Shown one piece after another: positions 19,071 to 28,312 of a DNA stretch of 64,000 nucleotides (the first letter of the stretch is position 1; every line of letters begins with the position of its first letter). The DNA is from an uncultured Gammaproteobacteria bacterium (GTDB lineage: Bacteria; Patescibacteriota; Microgenomatia; UBA12405; JAHJSD01), in contig CAYRYE010000002.1 of assembly GCA_964428655.1 (NCBI GenBank), positions 103,472 to 167,471 on the forward strand, written 5' to 3'. Under the pieces are notes generated by a model. The model made no database searches, was not told the origin of the DNA, and worked only from the letters and a program-made list of their open reading frames with translations. Both the position numbers and the translations under genes were made by a program.

Positions 19071-20956
19071 AGTTTCTTATTTCTAAATCGCTCTTTTAAC
19101 TCGTGCCTCTTCCCTTTATTCCATTGCTTAACAAAAGAATAATAACCGACTACTCTTGTTATCCAATCCACATCTTCACTACCGCAAAAACTGCATTTCT
19201 TTTTAATACCCCGCATTACCCGCCCGCAATCATCACAAATAGTGAACTCCGGACTAAAAGCTACTTGGACATTCTGCGTCTGATTAAAAATTTTCCAAAT
19301 CAACCTGGCCATCGACTGCGGCGACGGTCGAGACTCCCCTAGCCAAATATGACTCAAAGCGCCACCCTGCATCATTGGGTGAAACTTTCCTTCAACCTCA
19401 ATTCTTTCCAAAACATCTATTTCGGCGTCAACATCTAATTGGGAAGAATTTGTGTAGTAAACTTCATCTGTTTTTGGATTGCCGTGAACAATTTTTTTAC
19501 TCTCTTCCGGATAGCAAATCAAGTCTAGCTTGGCAAAACGATAGTTAGTTGATTCCGCCGGGTCTTGGTCTAAAAGTATTTTTAACCCCGACTTCTTACT
19601 TTCCTCCTCACACTTTTTTTTCATAAAAGCGGTTATCCGCAAGCCAAATTTAAGCGCTTCATCAGACTGGTGCAGAGCCCTACCCAAATGGAATCTGACC
19701 GCATCAGAAAGACCGCCAACTGCATTCATGAAAGTCATTTTATCAATTCGTAAATAAGGTTCTTTGTCACTTTTGGCAGTTATGGTCAACATACCCAAAG
19801 GCCCGGCAAGCCCCATTGCTAACAACTTTTTCAAAAATTTATACTTCTGCAGGTGAGCTTTAGTCAACAGTTGCAATTTCTCCTCTAAAATCTTGAAAAA
19901 ATTCTCATCATTATGTTTCGCTTGATAAGCTATCCGAGGTAGATTGATGGTCAAATAAGGACAGGCGGCATAACGCATCCGCCATGGCTTTTTGGCATCT
20001 TTTAAATCTTCTTTGGATAACTCGAACTGAACCCGACAGCACTCAGAAATTTTAGCAGTTGCTCCCCGGTCAAAAATAAAATAAGGATTGCCCATTTTCG
20101 AAGCAACATCACAGACATGTTCCAAAAACTCTTTATGACCCGGTGTCTTCCAAAATTTAGTAGTAATATGCACATTTGGTTTTGGCCAGAAAAAGGGCCT
20201 GCCCTTAGCATCGCCCCTTTTATAAATATTCAGTATTTGCCAAACCAAAGCCTGCGATTCTTTAACATAGTCTTTATAAAGCTTGCCCGTATATTCACCT
20301 CGGGGGCCAATGGCCGGCACATTGGCAAAATGATCAGGAATTTCCCAATAAAGATTAATGTCGGAAAAAACCGGCTGGGCCCCATGGGGACCAACTGTTT
20401 GATTAAATTGATAAATTATCCTCTGGGCTACCTGTCTTATTTCCCTATCCCCCATCCCTCCTAAATACGGGGCCATATACATATTTAGGGCATCCCAGCC
20501 AATGGCGCCGCCGAAATGGGCCCGCAGAGCCATGGTCATTCTCATCATATGATCAACCAGAGCATCAATGTGGCCGGCTGGTTTAACAGCGGCAAAAGAA
20601 GCATATTTAGTTAAGCCAAATTTTTTGACATATTCCAAGCTCTGGCCAGAACAATAGGGTCTGTCAATAAAGCCCAGCTTGTGAAGCTTTATATCTCCTT
20701 TTCTATGAGCTTCAGCAACATCTTTGGAAAAAACGTTCCGCAAAGCATATTCTTTTTTTAAAAACTCGGAAAGAGTAAAAGAGGTGCCTTCCGGACTATT
20801 TATTTTGTTGGCATCATCTTTGCTGCCTTCCGAGGCAATAACACCGCCTATTTCACCCAAAGTGATAATAATTTTTTTTCCCAGGCCATTGACTCTCCCT
20901 ATTTCGGTGAAATCAGTGGGGTCAAAACTATCGGTTTCTTTTTTTCTAATTGGCAT
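19067..20956 (-). CDS. nrdD: anaerobic ribonucleoside-triphosphate reductase (class III), paralog lacking ATP-cone, RVVGYY glycyl-radical motif
   Basis: 629 aa; HRKGDIKLHKL...YCSGQSLEY, ECCRVQF, Zn ribbon CDDC...CSFC, ITRVVGYYS; paralogous to downstream copy (shared FSDINLYWEIPDH, GRPFFWPKPN). Confidence 0.8.
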   Translation of the reverse strand: MPIRKKETDSFDPTDFTEIGRVNGLGKKIIITLGEIGGVIASEGSKDDANKINSPEGTSFTLSEFLKKEYALRNVFSKDVAEAHRKGDIKLHKLGFIDRPYCSGQSLEYVKKFGLTKYASFAAVKPAGHIDALVDHMMRMTMALRAHFGGAIGWDALNMYMAPYLGGMGDREIRQVAQRIIYQFNQTVGPHGAQPVFSDINLYWEIPDHFANVPAIGPRGEYTGKLYKDYVKESQALVWQILNIYKRGDAKGRPFFWPKPNVHITTKFWKTPGHKEFLEHVCDVASKMGNPYFIFDRGATAKISECCRVQFELSKEDLKDAKKPWRMRYAACPYLTINLPRIAYQAKHNDENFFKILEEKLQLLTKAHLQKYKFLKKLLAMGLAGPLGMLTITAKSDKEPYLRIDKMTFMNAVGGLSDAVRFHLGRALHQSDEALKFGLRITAFMKKKCEEESKKSGLKILLDQDPAESTNYRFAKLDLICYPEESKKIVHGNPKTDEVYYTNSSQLDVDAEIDVLERIEVEGKFHPMMQGGALSHIWLGESRPSPQSMARLIWKIFNQTQNVQVAFSPEFTICDDCGRVMRGIKKKCSFCGSEDVDWITRVVGYYSFVKQWNKGKRHELKERFRNKKL

Positions 20957-21165
20957 TTTCCAAACAAAAACACAAAAAAATAAAAACGCGCGCCGTTATA
21001 CTCTATTCAAGGGGCAGCCAGAACAAATCAAAAAGCAAGTTACAAGTTAAATAATAATATACACCAAAAGGCAATCTCGCTGTCAACTGGCAATCTCTGT
21101 ATCAAATTCTCTCAAAGATTAAAGATGGCTGTCGACCGCCCTAGAGTAGATCCCAAACAATAAAT

Positions 21166-21372
21166 TTGTTATTATATGACACAGTGTTGGAAAGAATCAG
21201 AGAATTTATCACCGATGTTAAGCGAGTCATCAAAGAAGTCACTTGGCCCAAAGCTAATGATTTAACTCAACTAACAGTTGTAGTAGTATTAATTTCAATC
21301 GTAGCTGGAGCCTTTTTGGGGACTGCGGATTTTTTATTCACCAAATTAATCAGCTGGGTGACACTGCAATGA
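21166..21372 (+). CDS. secE: preprotein translocase subunit SecE (TTG start as listed; GTG at 21184 also possible)
   Basis: [47 protein letters not shown] = SecE C-terminal TM signature; directly upstream of nusG. Confidence 0.8.
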   Translation: MLLYDTVLERIREFITDVKRVIKEVTWPKANDLTQLTVVVVLISIVAGAFLGTADFLFTKLISWVTLQ

Positions 21373-21941
21373 AAACCAAAAAGTATCGCTACCCAATTAG
21401 TAATGCCAAGCCAATCGGTAATGTCCAATGGTTTGTGGTTCACACTTATTCTGGTCATGAATACAAAGTAACTCAGGCCTTAAAACAGCGCGTTCAAACT
21501 ATGGGCCTTGAAGACAAGGTTTTCGAAGTTATCATTCCCATCCAAGATAAGTTCTCCATTCGCCAAGGACAAAAAATTAAAACCCAAGAAAAAGTATTCC
21601 CTGGCTATATTCTCGTCCATATGGTCCTTAATGACAATTCATGGTTAGTGGTCCGAACTACGCCAGGCGTTACCGGATTCATTGGTGTGGACAACAAACC
21701 AACTCCTATCTCCAATAAAGAAGTGGAAAAAATTGTCAGCACTATTAAAAAAGGTAAACCAAGATTTAAAACTAAGTTTTCAGTTGGAGAGGCAGTTAAA
21801 ATTACTGATGGGCCCTTTATTGAATTTTTGGGCACCATTGAAGAGGTTAATAAGGAAAAGGGCAAACTAAAAGTTCTAGTCTCCATTTTTGGCCGAGAAA
21901 CACCAGTGGAGTTGGATTTCCTACAGGTTAGTAAAATATAA
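21369..21941 (+). CDS. nusG: transcription termination/antitermination factor NusG
   Basis: 190 aa; NGN domain [17 protein letters not shown] motif [21 protein letters not shown]. Confidence 0.9.
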   Translation: MKTKKYRYPISNAKPIGNVQWFVVHTYSGHEYKVTQALKQRVQTMGLEDKVFEVIIPIQDKFSIRQGQKIKTQEKVFPGYILVHMVLNDNSWLVVRTTPGVTGFIGVDNKPTPISNKEVEKIVSTIKKGKPRFKTKFSVGEAVKITDGPFIEFLGTIEEVNKEKGKLKVLVSIFGRETPVELDFLQVSKI

Positions 21942-21946
21942 ACAAG

Positions 21947-22369
21947 GTGGCTAAGAAAATCAAAACAATCATTAAATTAAATCTTCCCGCCGGAGAAGCG
22001 AACCCGGGACCTCCGGCTGGGCCAGCTTTGGGACAACACGGTGTTTCAATCATGGATTTTATTAATCAATATAACGAAAAAACAAAAGATCAAAAAGGCA
22101 ATATTATTCCGGTAGTTATCACTGTCTATGAAGACAGAACTTTTAACTTCATCACTAAACTCCCCCCAGTCTCAGCCTTAATTAAGAAAAAATTAGCTCT
22201 TAAAAAAGGTGCTGAAAAAACAAAACTGGAAAAAGTGGGAAAGTTAACCAAACAACAAATTGAAAACATTGCTAAAGAAAAAATGCCCGATTTAAATACC
22301 AACAACTTAGAAGCGGCAATGAAAATTGTTGAGGGAACAGCTAAAAGTATGGGAGTAGAGGTAATCTAG
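21947..22369 (+). CDS. rplK: 50S ribosomal protein L11
   Basis: 140 aa; [19 protein letters not shown]11 signature. Confidence 0.9.
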   Translation: MAKKIKTIIKLNLPAGEANPGPPAGPALGQHGVSIMDFINQYNEKTKDQKGNIIPVVITVYEDRTFNFITKLPPVSALIKKKLALKKGAEKTKLEKVGKLTKQQIENIAKEKMPDLNTNNLEAAMKIVEGTAKSMGVEVI

Positions 22370-23145
22370 TGGGTCAGAAAAAAATCAAAGTCATTGGTGA
22401 AAAACCAAAACCAGAAAAAAAAGAAAAAGAGCCAAAAAAAATTCGAGTGGCAGGATTAAAGGGTGGCGAGCGAATTAAGGTCGTTGATGCTAATGCTGAG
22501 CCAATTAAAACCACAGAAGAAAAGACAGAGGAAGAAAAAAAGAAAACAGAAAGAAAACCAAAAGTCCGGGGCAAAAAATACAAAACTGCTAAAAACAGAG
22601 TTGATTCAAATAAACTTTACTCTCTTCCTGAGGCAATAGAATTAGTGAAAAAAACTTCAATTGGCAAATTCGTTGGCAACCTAGAAGCTCACATTGTTGT
22701 TAGACAAACTGGTGATTTGGGTGAAGTTAAACTTCCCTATTTTAAAGCCAAGACAAAGAAAATTGCTATCGCCGACGAAAAAATTGTCGAAAAAATCAAA
22801 AACGGCAAAATTGACTTTGATATTCTTCTAGCTAGTCCCCGAATAATGCCTAAATTAATTCCATTTGCCAAGGTTTTAGGGCCAAAAGGGCTGATGCCAA
22901 ATCCCAAAAGCGGCACTCTTGTTGATGACCCCAAAAAGGTCAAGGCTAAATTTGCTAAAAAAACTTTAAAAATAAAAACTGAGAAAAAAGCTCCGGTGGC
23001 TCATCTTGTGGCAGGAAAGCTTGATCAGCCAGACAAGGAGTTAATCGCTAATATTAAGGCTTTAATAAAAACCATCAATCCCAACCAAATAAAGAAACTG
23101 GTTCTTAAGGCCACTATGGGCCCAGGAGTAAAAGTAAAAGTGTGA
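22369..23145 (+). CDS. rplA: 50S ribosomal protein L1 with about 70-aa Lys/Glu-rich N-terminal extension (GTG start overlapping rplK stop)
   Basis: 258 aa; canonical uL1 core begins near KYKTAKNRVDSNKLYSLPEAIELVKK; preceding 70 aa are KEKEPKK low-complexity. Confidence 0.8.
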   Translation: MGQKKIKVIGEKPKPEKKEKEPKKIRVAGLKGGERIKVVDANAEPIKTTEEKTEEEKKKTERKPKVRGKKYKTAKNRVDSNKLYSLPEAIELVKKTSIGKFVGNLEAHIVVRQTGDLGEVKLPYFKAKTKKIAIADEKIVEKIKNGKIDFDILLASPRIMPKLIPFAKVLGPKGLMPNPKSGTLVDDPKKVKAKFAKKTLKIKTEKKAPVAHLVAGKLDQPDKELIANIKALIKTINPNQIKKLVLKATMGPGVKVKV

Positions 23146-23948
23146 GTTGTAAAACAGGTCTTAAAATCTTGAAACAATTAATCAGTAAAAGGATCGTCAA
23201 GGTCCTAGCTTTCTTAAAAAACATTTTTTTAAATCAAAACTCATTTAAGGATGGAGATCATCATCTTGAAGGTGAATTTCCATTTCAGTCTCAATTTGAC
23301 AGCGACAGGTCTTCTTCGGGTTGGAAATCTCAAAAAAAATACAAATTTTGGAGCCAACGAGCTTGTGGTATTGCCTGTGTTAGGATGATTATAAAAAGTA
23401 AAAAACAAGCGGCGCTCACAATGGCTGAACTCGCCAAAAGAGCACAACAATTAGGGGGCTATAAACTTTATGATCAAAAGGGGAATTTTATAGATAAAGG
23501 TTGGTATTACAAAGCTTTGCTTAAAGTCTTAGCAGACTTTGGCTTTTTAGGTAACGTGAATAAGGTTTTACCAACCAACCAAATCGCCAGGAAGATTAAA
23601 AAAGGTTGTTTTGCAGTGGTTTCTGTTAACAACCAAGTCCTAAACAATAAAAAAGTGGCCTTCTTCAATTTCAGTAATCACTTGGTCCTCGTAACGGGTT
23701 TTAGAGCCAAAAATGGCAAGGTTGTTGGTTTCTACCTCCATAATCCTTACGACACAACAAGAAAATCACAAAAAGGCAATTTTGTTGATATTGCTTTATT
23801 TAAAAAGGCCTTTGGCTACCGTGGCTTCTATTGCTGGCCAATCTCATCTCGCAACAAAGCCAGCAATTCAGGCAAAGAACACTCTGCAAAGCCAGCTAAA
23901 CAAGAGTTCTTAATCCATGGCAAACATTTGCCCTCTTTTCTCAAATGA
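23142..23948 (+). CDS. peptidase C39-like (papain-fold) domain protein
   Basis: 268 aa; WSQRACGIACVRMI matches Q...CG.AC catalytic-Cys motif of C39/C39-like domains, downstream His in NHLVLVTGF; occupies the position where rplJ-rplL are usually found. Confidence 0.5.
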   Translation: MSCKTGLKILKQLISKRIVKVLAFLKNIFLNQNSFKDGDHHLEGEFPFQSQFDSDRSSSGWKSQKKYKFWSQRACGIACVRMIIKSKKQAALTMAELAKRAQQLGGYKLYDQKGNFIDKGWYYKALLKVLADFGFLGNVNKVLPTNQIARKIKKGCFAVVSVNNQVLNNKKVAFFNFSNHLVLVTGFRAKNGKVVGFYLHNPYDTTRKSQKGNFVDIALFKKAFGYRGFYCWPISSRNKASNSGKEHSAKPAKQEFLIHGKHLPSFLK

Positions 23949-24023
23949 AACACCTCTAATCAATATCCTATAACATATCACGCCCTATCAAAATTAAAAA
24001 TACACCCATGATAAAATAGGATC

Positions 24024-25271
24024 ATGGGTTTTAAAAAACAGGTTGTTAGCCACTATAAAAATCTTAAACACTTTCTGGTCTCGATTAAAGAAACTCTCAA
24101 ACACGCCTATCCCGCCAGAAAACTAATGGTCATTGGTGTCACTGGAACTGACGGAAAGACCACCACTTGTCATTTAATCTACCAGATTCTAAATGAGGCC
24201 CAGAAATCAACAGCCCTTATTTCTACAATCGGCGCTTATTTTAAAGATAAAAAAATTGACACTGGTCTTCACACTACTACTCCCGACGCTACTGTTCTCC
24301 AACCCCTAATCAGTGAATTGGCCAAAAAGGGAGCCAAATATTTAGTTCTGGAAGCAACCTCCCATGGGTTAGATCAACACCGAGTATTGGGGTGTAACTT
24401 TTCTGTTGGAGTGTTGACGAACATCACCCACGAACATCTTGATTATCATCAAACATTTGAAAAATACAGAAAAACCAAGGCAAAACTATTTAAAAAAGTA
24501 AAAGTTGCTATTCTTAATAAAGACGATTCTTCCTTCTCTTTTATTAAAAACAAAATAAAAGGAAAAGTTATTTCCTATAGTATTAGTCAACCAGCTAATT
24601 TAAGAGTGATTTCCAGAAAGCTGAGTCCTCTAGGAACAGAATTTACCATTAAGGAGATAAGGAAAAGAATTAAGTTAAAAACCAAGCTTGTTGGCGACTA
24701 CAATATCTCAAATATTCTAGCGGCTATAGCGGTTACTCGCAGTCTGGGGATCAGTTGGGAAATTATTCAAAATGCAATTAGCAATTTTAAAGGGATCCCT
24801 GGAAGAATGGAAGTTATAGACATGGGGCAAAACTTTACTGCCATTGTTGACTTTGCCCATACCCCCAATGCCCTAGAAAAGGTTCTAAAAACATTGAGAA
24901 AATTAAAGGGCAAAGGTCGGATTATTGCCGTCCTTGGTTGCGCCGGGAAAAGAGATGTTTTAAAGCGGCCAATTATGGGTAAAATTGCTACCAAATTAGC
25001 TAATATTAGTATTTTTACTGCTGAAGATCCCAGATGCGAAAAAATTGAAGACATTATTGGCCAAATTGCAAAAGGAGCTGTTAAAAATAATTTTCTGATT
25101 GAGCCCGACAGACAAAAAGCGATTAATCTGGCAATTAAAACCGCCCGTGCAGACGATATTGTTATTCTCTGCGGCAAAGGGCATGAGCAAAGCATGGCCT
25201 ACGGAAACCAAGAAATTCCCTGGGATGATCGAAAAGCAGCTAAAAAAGCCCTGGCAAAATTAATGGAATAG
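24024..25271 (+). CDS. Mur ligase family protein, MurE-like, lacking the N-terminal UDP-binding domain
   Basis: 415 aa; P-loop VIGVTGTDGKTTT near N-terminus, VDFAHTPNALEK, EDPRCE (DNPR-like) C-terminal motif. Confidence 0.6.
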   Translation: MGFKKQVVSHYKNLKHFLVSIKETLKHAYPARKLMVIGVTGTDGKTTTCHLIYQILNEAQKSTALISTIGAYFKDKKIDTGLHTTTPDATVLQPLISELAKKGAKYLVLEATSHGLDQHRVLGCNFSVGVLTNITHEHLDYHQTFEKYRKTKAKLFKKVKVAILNKDDSSFSFIKNKIKGKVISYSISQPANLRVISRKLSPLGTEFTIKEIRKRIKLKTKLVGDYNISNILAAIAVTRSLGISWEIIQNAISNFKGIPGRMEVIDMGQNFTAIVDFAHTPNALEKVLKTLRKLKGKGRIIAVLGCAGKRDVLKRPIMGKIATKLANISIFTAEDPRCEKIEDIIGQIAKGAVKNNFLIEPDRQKAINLAIKTARADDIVILCGKGHEQSMAYGNQEIPWDDRKAAKKALAKLME

Positions 25272-25734
25272 TAATCATAAAATGGAGCTAGAAACTCTCT
25301 CCTTAAAAACCAAACAGTTACTCAAACATTACTTTTCTCTCCGCATTGCCAACAAGAAAATTGTTTGCCCCTGAAGGAAATTATTTTAATCAAAAACCAG
25401 ACTTTACCTTTAGAAAAACAAATGCTGCCTGAATTTCGGGGTCACCGTAACCTTTTCCCATAGTAAGAATAACTAGAATCGTTTCATCTACCATATTAAA
25501 ACAAATATTTATCCTGCTCTTACTCTAACACTTGGCCCACATGAACTCGCTTTATCATACACCTCGTGCAGATTACAACCCCTCCTGCGTCCCCTGCTAG
25601 GACAAACATTATTCTTTACCTGATTATCATGCACTCTAGGCAAACAGTATTCTTTACTTTTAAAAGGCAAAAGGCATCGGCATTTTGTTTCTCCTGGAAA
25701 AAGAATAATCATTTTTTCACCTCTTTAACAACTT

Positions 25735-27075
25735 TTACTTTCCCCTTATTTTAACACCTACTCCCAAACCTTGCAATTTTTCCGCAATTTTTTCATATCC
25801 TCTTTCAACGTGTTCAACTCCAAAAACCGTTGATTTCCCTTTAGCAATCGCCGCGGCTAACAAATAAGAAAAACCAGCCCGAATATCAGGCATCTCAATT
25901 TTTGTTCCTTTTAATTTAGTCGGACCAAAAATAATAGCGCTGTGATTAAATCTCTCCCCTTCAAACCGACAGGGCAAAGAACCAAGACAGCGAGTAGAGA
26001 GCTTAATGTTAGCTCCCATTTTGTCAAGCTCCTTAACATATTCAAAACGATTTTCAAAAACTGTTTCATGAACAATTGATTCTCCATGAGCTTGAGTCAA
26101 TAAAACAACAAACGGTTGTTGCCAATCAGTCATAAAGCCAGGGTGAGTGCTTGTTTCAATCGAAATTGATTTGAGAGGTGTTTTAGTAGCGAAAAAACGA
26201 ATTCCCTCTTTTTGAACTTCGATTCCCCCACCAACTAGTCTGATTTTGTTCAGAAAAGTAACCATGTGTCTCTGTTCTGCGCCCTTAACCAAAACGTCGC
26301 CTCCTGAGGCAATTGCGGCACAAGCAAAAGAAGCTGCCTCTATTCTATCAGTGATCACTTGATGATCATATCCTCCCAACTTATCAATACCATCAATGAT
26401 ATAAGTTCTATCCTCTCTCATTTCAACTATCGCTCCCATTTTTTGTAAAACCATTACCAAATCAATCACTTCAGGCTCAATAGCTGCATTTCTTAAAACT
26501 GTTCTCCCTTGAGCAAGAACCGACGACAATAAAACATTCTCAGTCGCCCCAACACTGGGATAAGGTAAAAGGATTTCTGCCCCATGAAGCCGGTCAGCAG
26601 AAATTAGATATTCATCATTTTGGCGTTCAATCTTCGCCCCCATTTTCTCTAGAGCCATAAAGTGAAAATTGACTGGCCTCTTGCCAATCTCATCTCCACC
26701 CACTATTGGAACCCTTGCCCAACCACAGCGATGAAGTAAAGGACCAATCATTAAGATAGGAATTCTATTGCGACCCGTATATGACTGGGAAACAGCAGGT
26801 ATTTTAATCTTGGAAGTTTGAATTTTAATCCTTCTTCCCCTACCTCGGCAGTCAACTTTACCACCTAATTCCCGACACATCTGAAGAGTAAGTTGAGTAT
26901 CTTCAATATTTGGAGCATTATCCAAAACGCAGACTTCTTTAGTTAACAAAGAAGCGACTATCTCTTTTGTCGCTGCGTTTTTAGCTCCAGAAATCTCAAC
27001 TTCACCTCTCAGTGGACCAATCGGAAAAATTTCATAGTGGCACTTCTTTTTGAGAGGCTCTTCATTTTTCATCAT
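25735..27075 (-). CDS. murA: UDP-N-acetylglucosamine 1-carboxyvinyltransferase
   Basis: 446 aa; EISGAKNAATK motif, EPSP-synthase-like two-domain fold signatures. Confidence 0.9.
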   Translation of the reverse strand: MMKNEEPLKKKCHYEIFPIGPLRGEVEISGAKNAATKEIVASLLTKEVCVLDNAPNIEDTQLTLQMCRELGGKVDCRGRGRRIKIQTSKIKIPAVSQSYTGRNRIPILMIGPLLHRCGWARVPIVGGDEIGKRPVNFHFMALEKMGAKIERQNDEYLISADRLHGAEILLPYPSVGATENVLLSSVLAQGRTVLRNAAIEPEVIDLVMVLQKMGAIVEMREDRTYIIDGIDKLGGYDHQVITDRIEAASFACAAIASGGDVLVKGAEQRHMVTFLNKIRLVGGGIEVQKEGIRFFATKTPLKSISIETSTHPGFMTDWQQPFVVLLTQAHGESIVHETVFENRFEYVKELDKMGANIKLSTRCLGSLPCRFEGERFNHSAIIFGPTKLKGTKIEMPDIRAGFSYLLAAAIAKGKSTVFGVEHVERGYEKIAEKLQGLGVGVKIRGK

Positions 27076-27175
27076 AAAGGTGCTTTTTATTATACTAGTT
27101 CACGAAAATAAAATTAAAAACGAACTACTTTGAGAGTTCCTTAAAAATTGGAAAACTTTTGTTCTACCCTTGCAC

Positions 27176-28213
27176 TCATCCCAAAGCAAGCCACAAGCCG
27201 AAAATTCCTAGAATTATTCCTGTCAACCAAGCCCGCATAACAATTTTCGGTTCCTGCCAACCAATTTTCTCAAAGGCATGGTGAAGGGGGGCCAGGGGAA
27301 AAACTTTCTTATCAAAAAATTTTATTGAAAGCAATTGAATTGAACTAGATATAATCTCTACAACAAAAATCCCGCCAATAAAAACCAAGGCAAATATCTT
27401 ACCTGTTAGCAGACCAACTAAACCTAGAGTGGCTCCAAAAGATAAAGCGCCTGCATCACCTAACCAAATCCTAGCCGGATAAACATTAAAATACAAAAAG
27501 GCAATCAAAGCCCCAATCCAAATGGCCAAAAATATGGATAGGGGTATATCTAAATTTGAAAACGAAATGACCATAAAAGCAACCAAACAGATTAAAAGAA
27601 GCCCTGAAGAAAGCCCATCCAATCCATCAGTAACATTGTAAGCATTAGAAAAGGCAACAAGTACAAAAGCGGCAAAAGGAATAAAAAACCACCCCATAGA
27701 GACAACGATTGAGGTAAAAGGAAGATGAACAAAATCTAAGCCTAAATTAAAGTATAAAAGGCCACCAATTAAAAGGCCTAGTGCCCATTGGAGAATGAAC
27801 TTCATTTTTCCTGAAATACCAAATTTTAAGCCTATTTTTCCCTTTTCAGGTTTGCCAAAAATCTTGACCCAGTCATCAAAAAGACCTAGAAATCCAAAAC
27901 CCAAAAATGTTAAAAGTAAAACATGGACCTCATCTGTAAAAGAGTAAGTAGAGTACTTTCTCCAATCAATTTTAAGAAGATAAATTGTCAACAAAAAAAT
28001 AATTGTCGTTAAAACAATAATCAAGACGCCACCTCCGATTGGGGTGCCTGCTTTCCAATCATGAAGTTTATCAAAAACAGGTACTTTTCCTTTTTTTGGC
28101 GCTTCTTTTCTACGAGTAAATTTTAAATGATAGAGAAAGTCTATAAAGGGAACAATTCCAACCGAGTTAATAAAGAATGAAGCTAAAAGCAAGCTCAAGT
28201 AGTAATGAATCAT
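27176..28213 (-). CDS. mraY: phospho-N-acetylmuramoyl-pentapeptide transferase
   Basis: 345 aa; 10 TM, NAYNVTDGLDGL and LGDAGALSFG motifs. Confidence 0.85.
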   Translation of the reverse strand: MIHYYLSLLLASFFINSVGIVPFIDFLYHLKFTRRKEAPKKGKVPVFDKLHDWKAGTPIGGGVLIIVLTTIIFLLTIYLLKIDWRKYSTYSFTDEVHVLLLTFLGFGFLGLFDDWVKIFGKPEKGKIGLKFGISGKMKFILQWALGLLIGGLLYFNLGLDFVHLPFTSIVVSMGWFFIPFAAFVLVAFSNAYNVTDGLDGLSSGLLLICLVAFMVISFSNLDIPLSIFLAIWIGALIAFLYFNVYPARIWLGDAGALSFGATLGLVGLLTGKIFALVFIGGIFVVEIISSSIQLLSIKFFDKKVFPLAPLHHAFEKIGWQEPKIVMRAWLTGIILGIFGLWLALG

Positions 28214-28312
28214 TAGTGTTTTTAAGTATAGCCTTTTCTTTACTTTTCCGCAACCTAAATCTGACTACGGCTTAGTTTCTCAAGGACTCCTCCCCATCCT
28301 GCTAATTGTATA

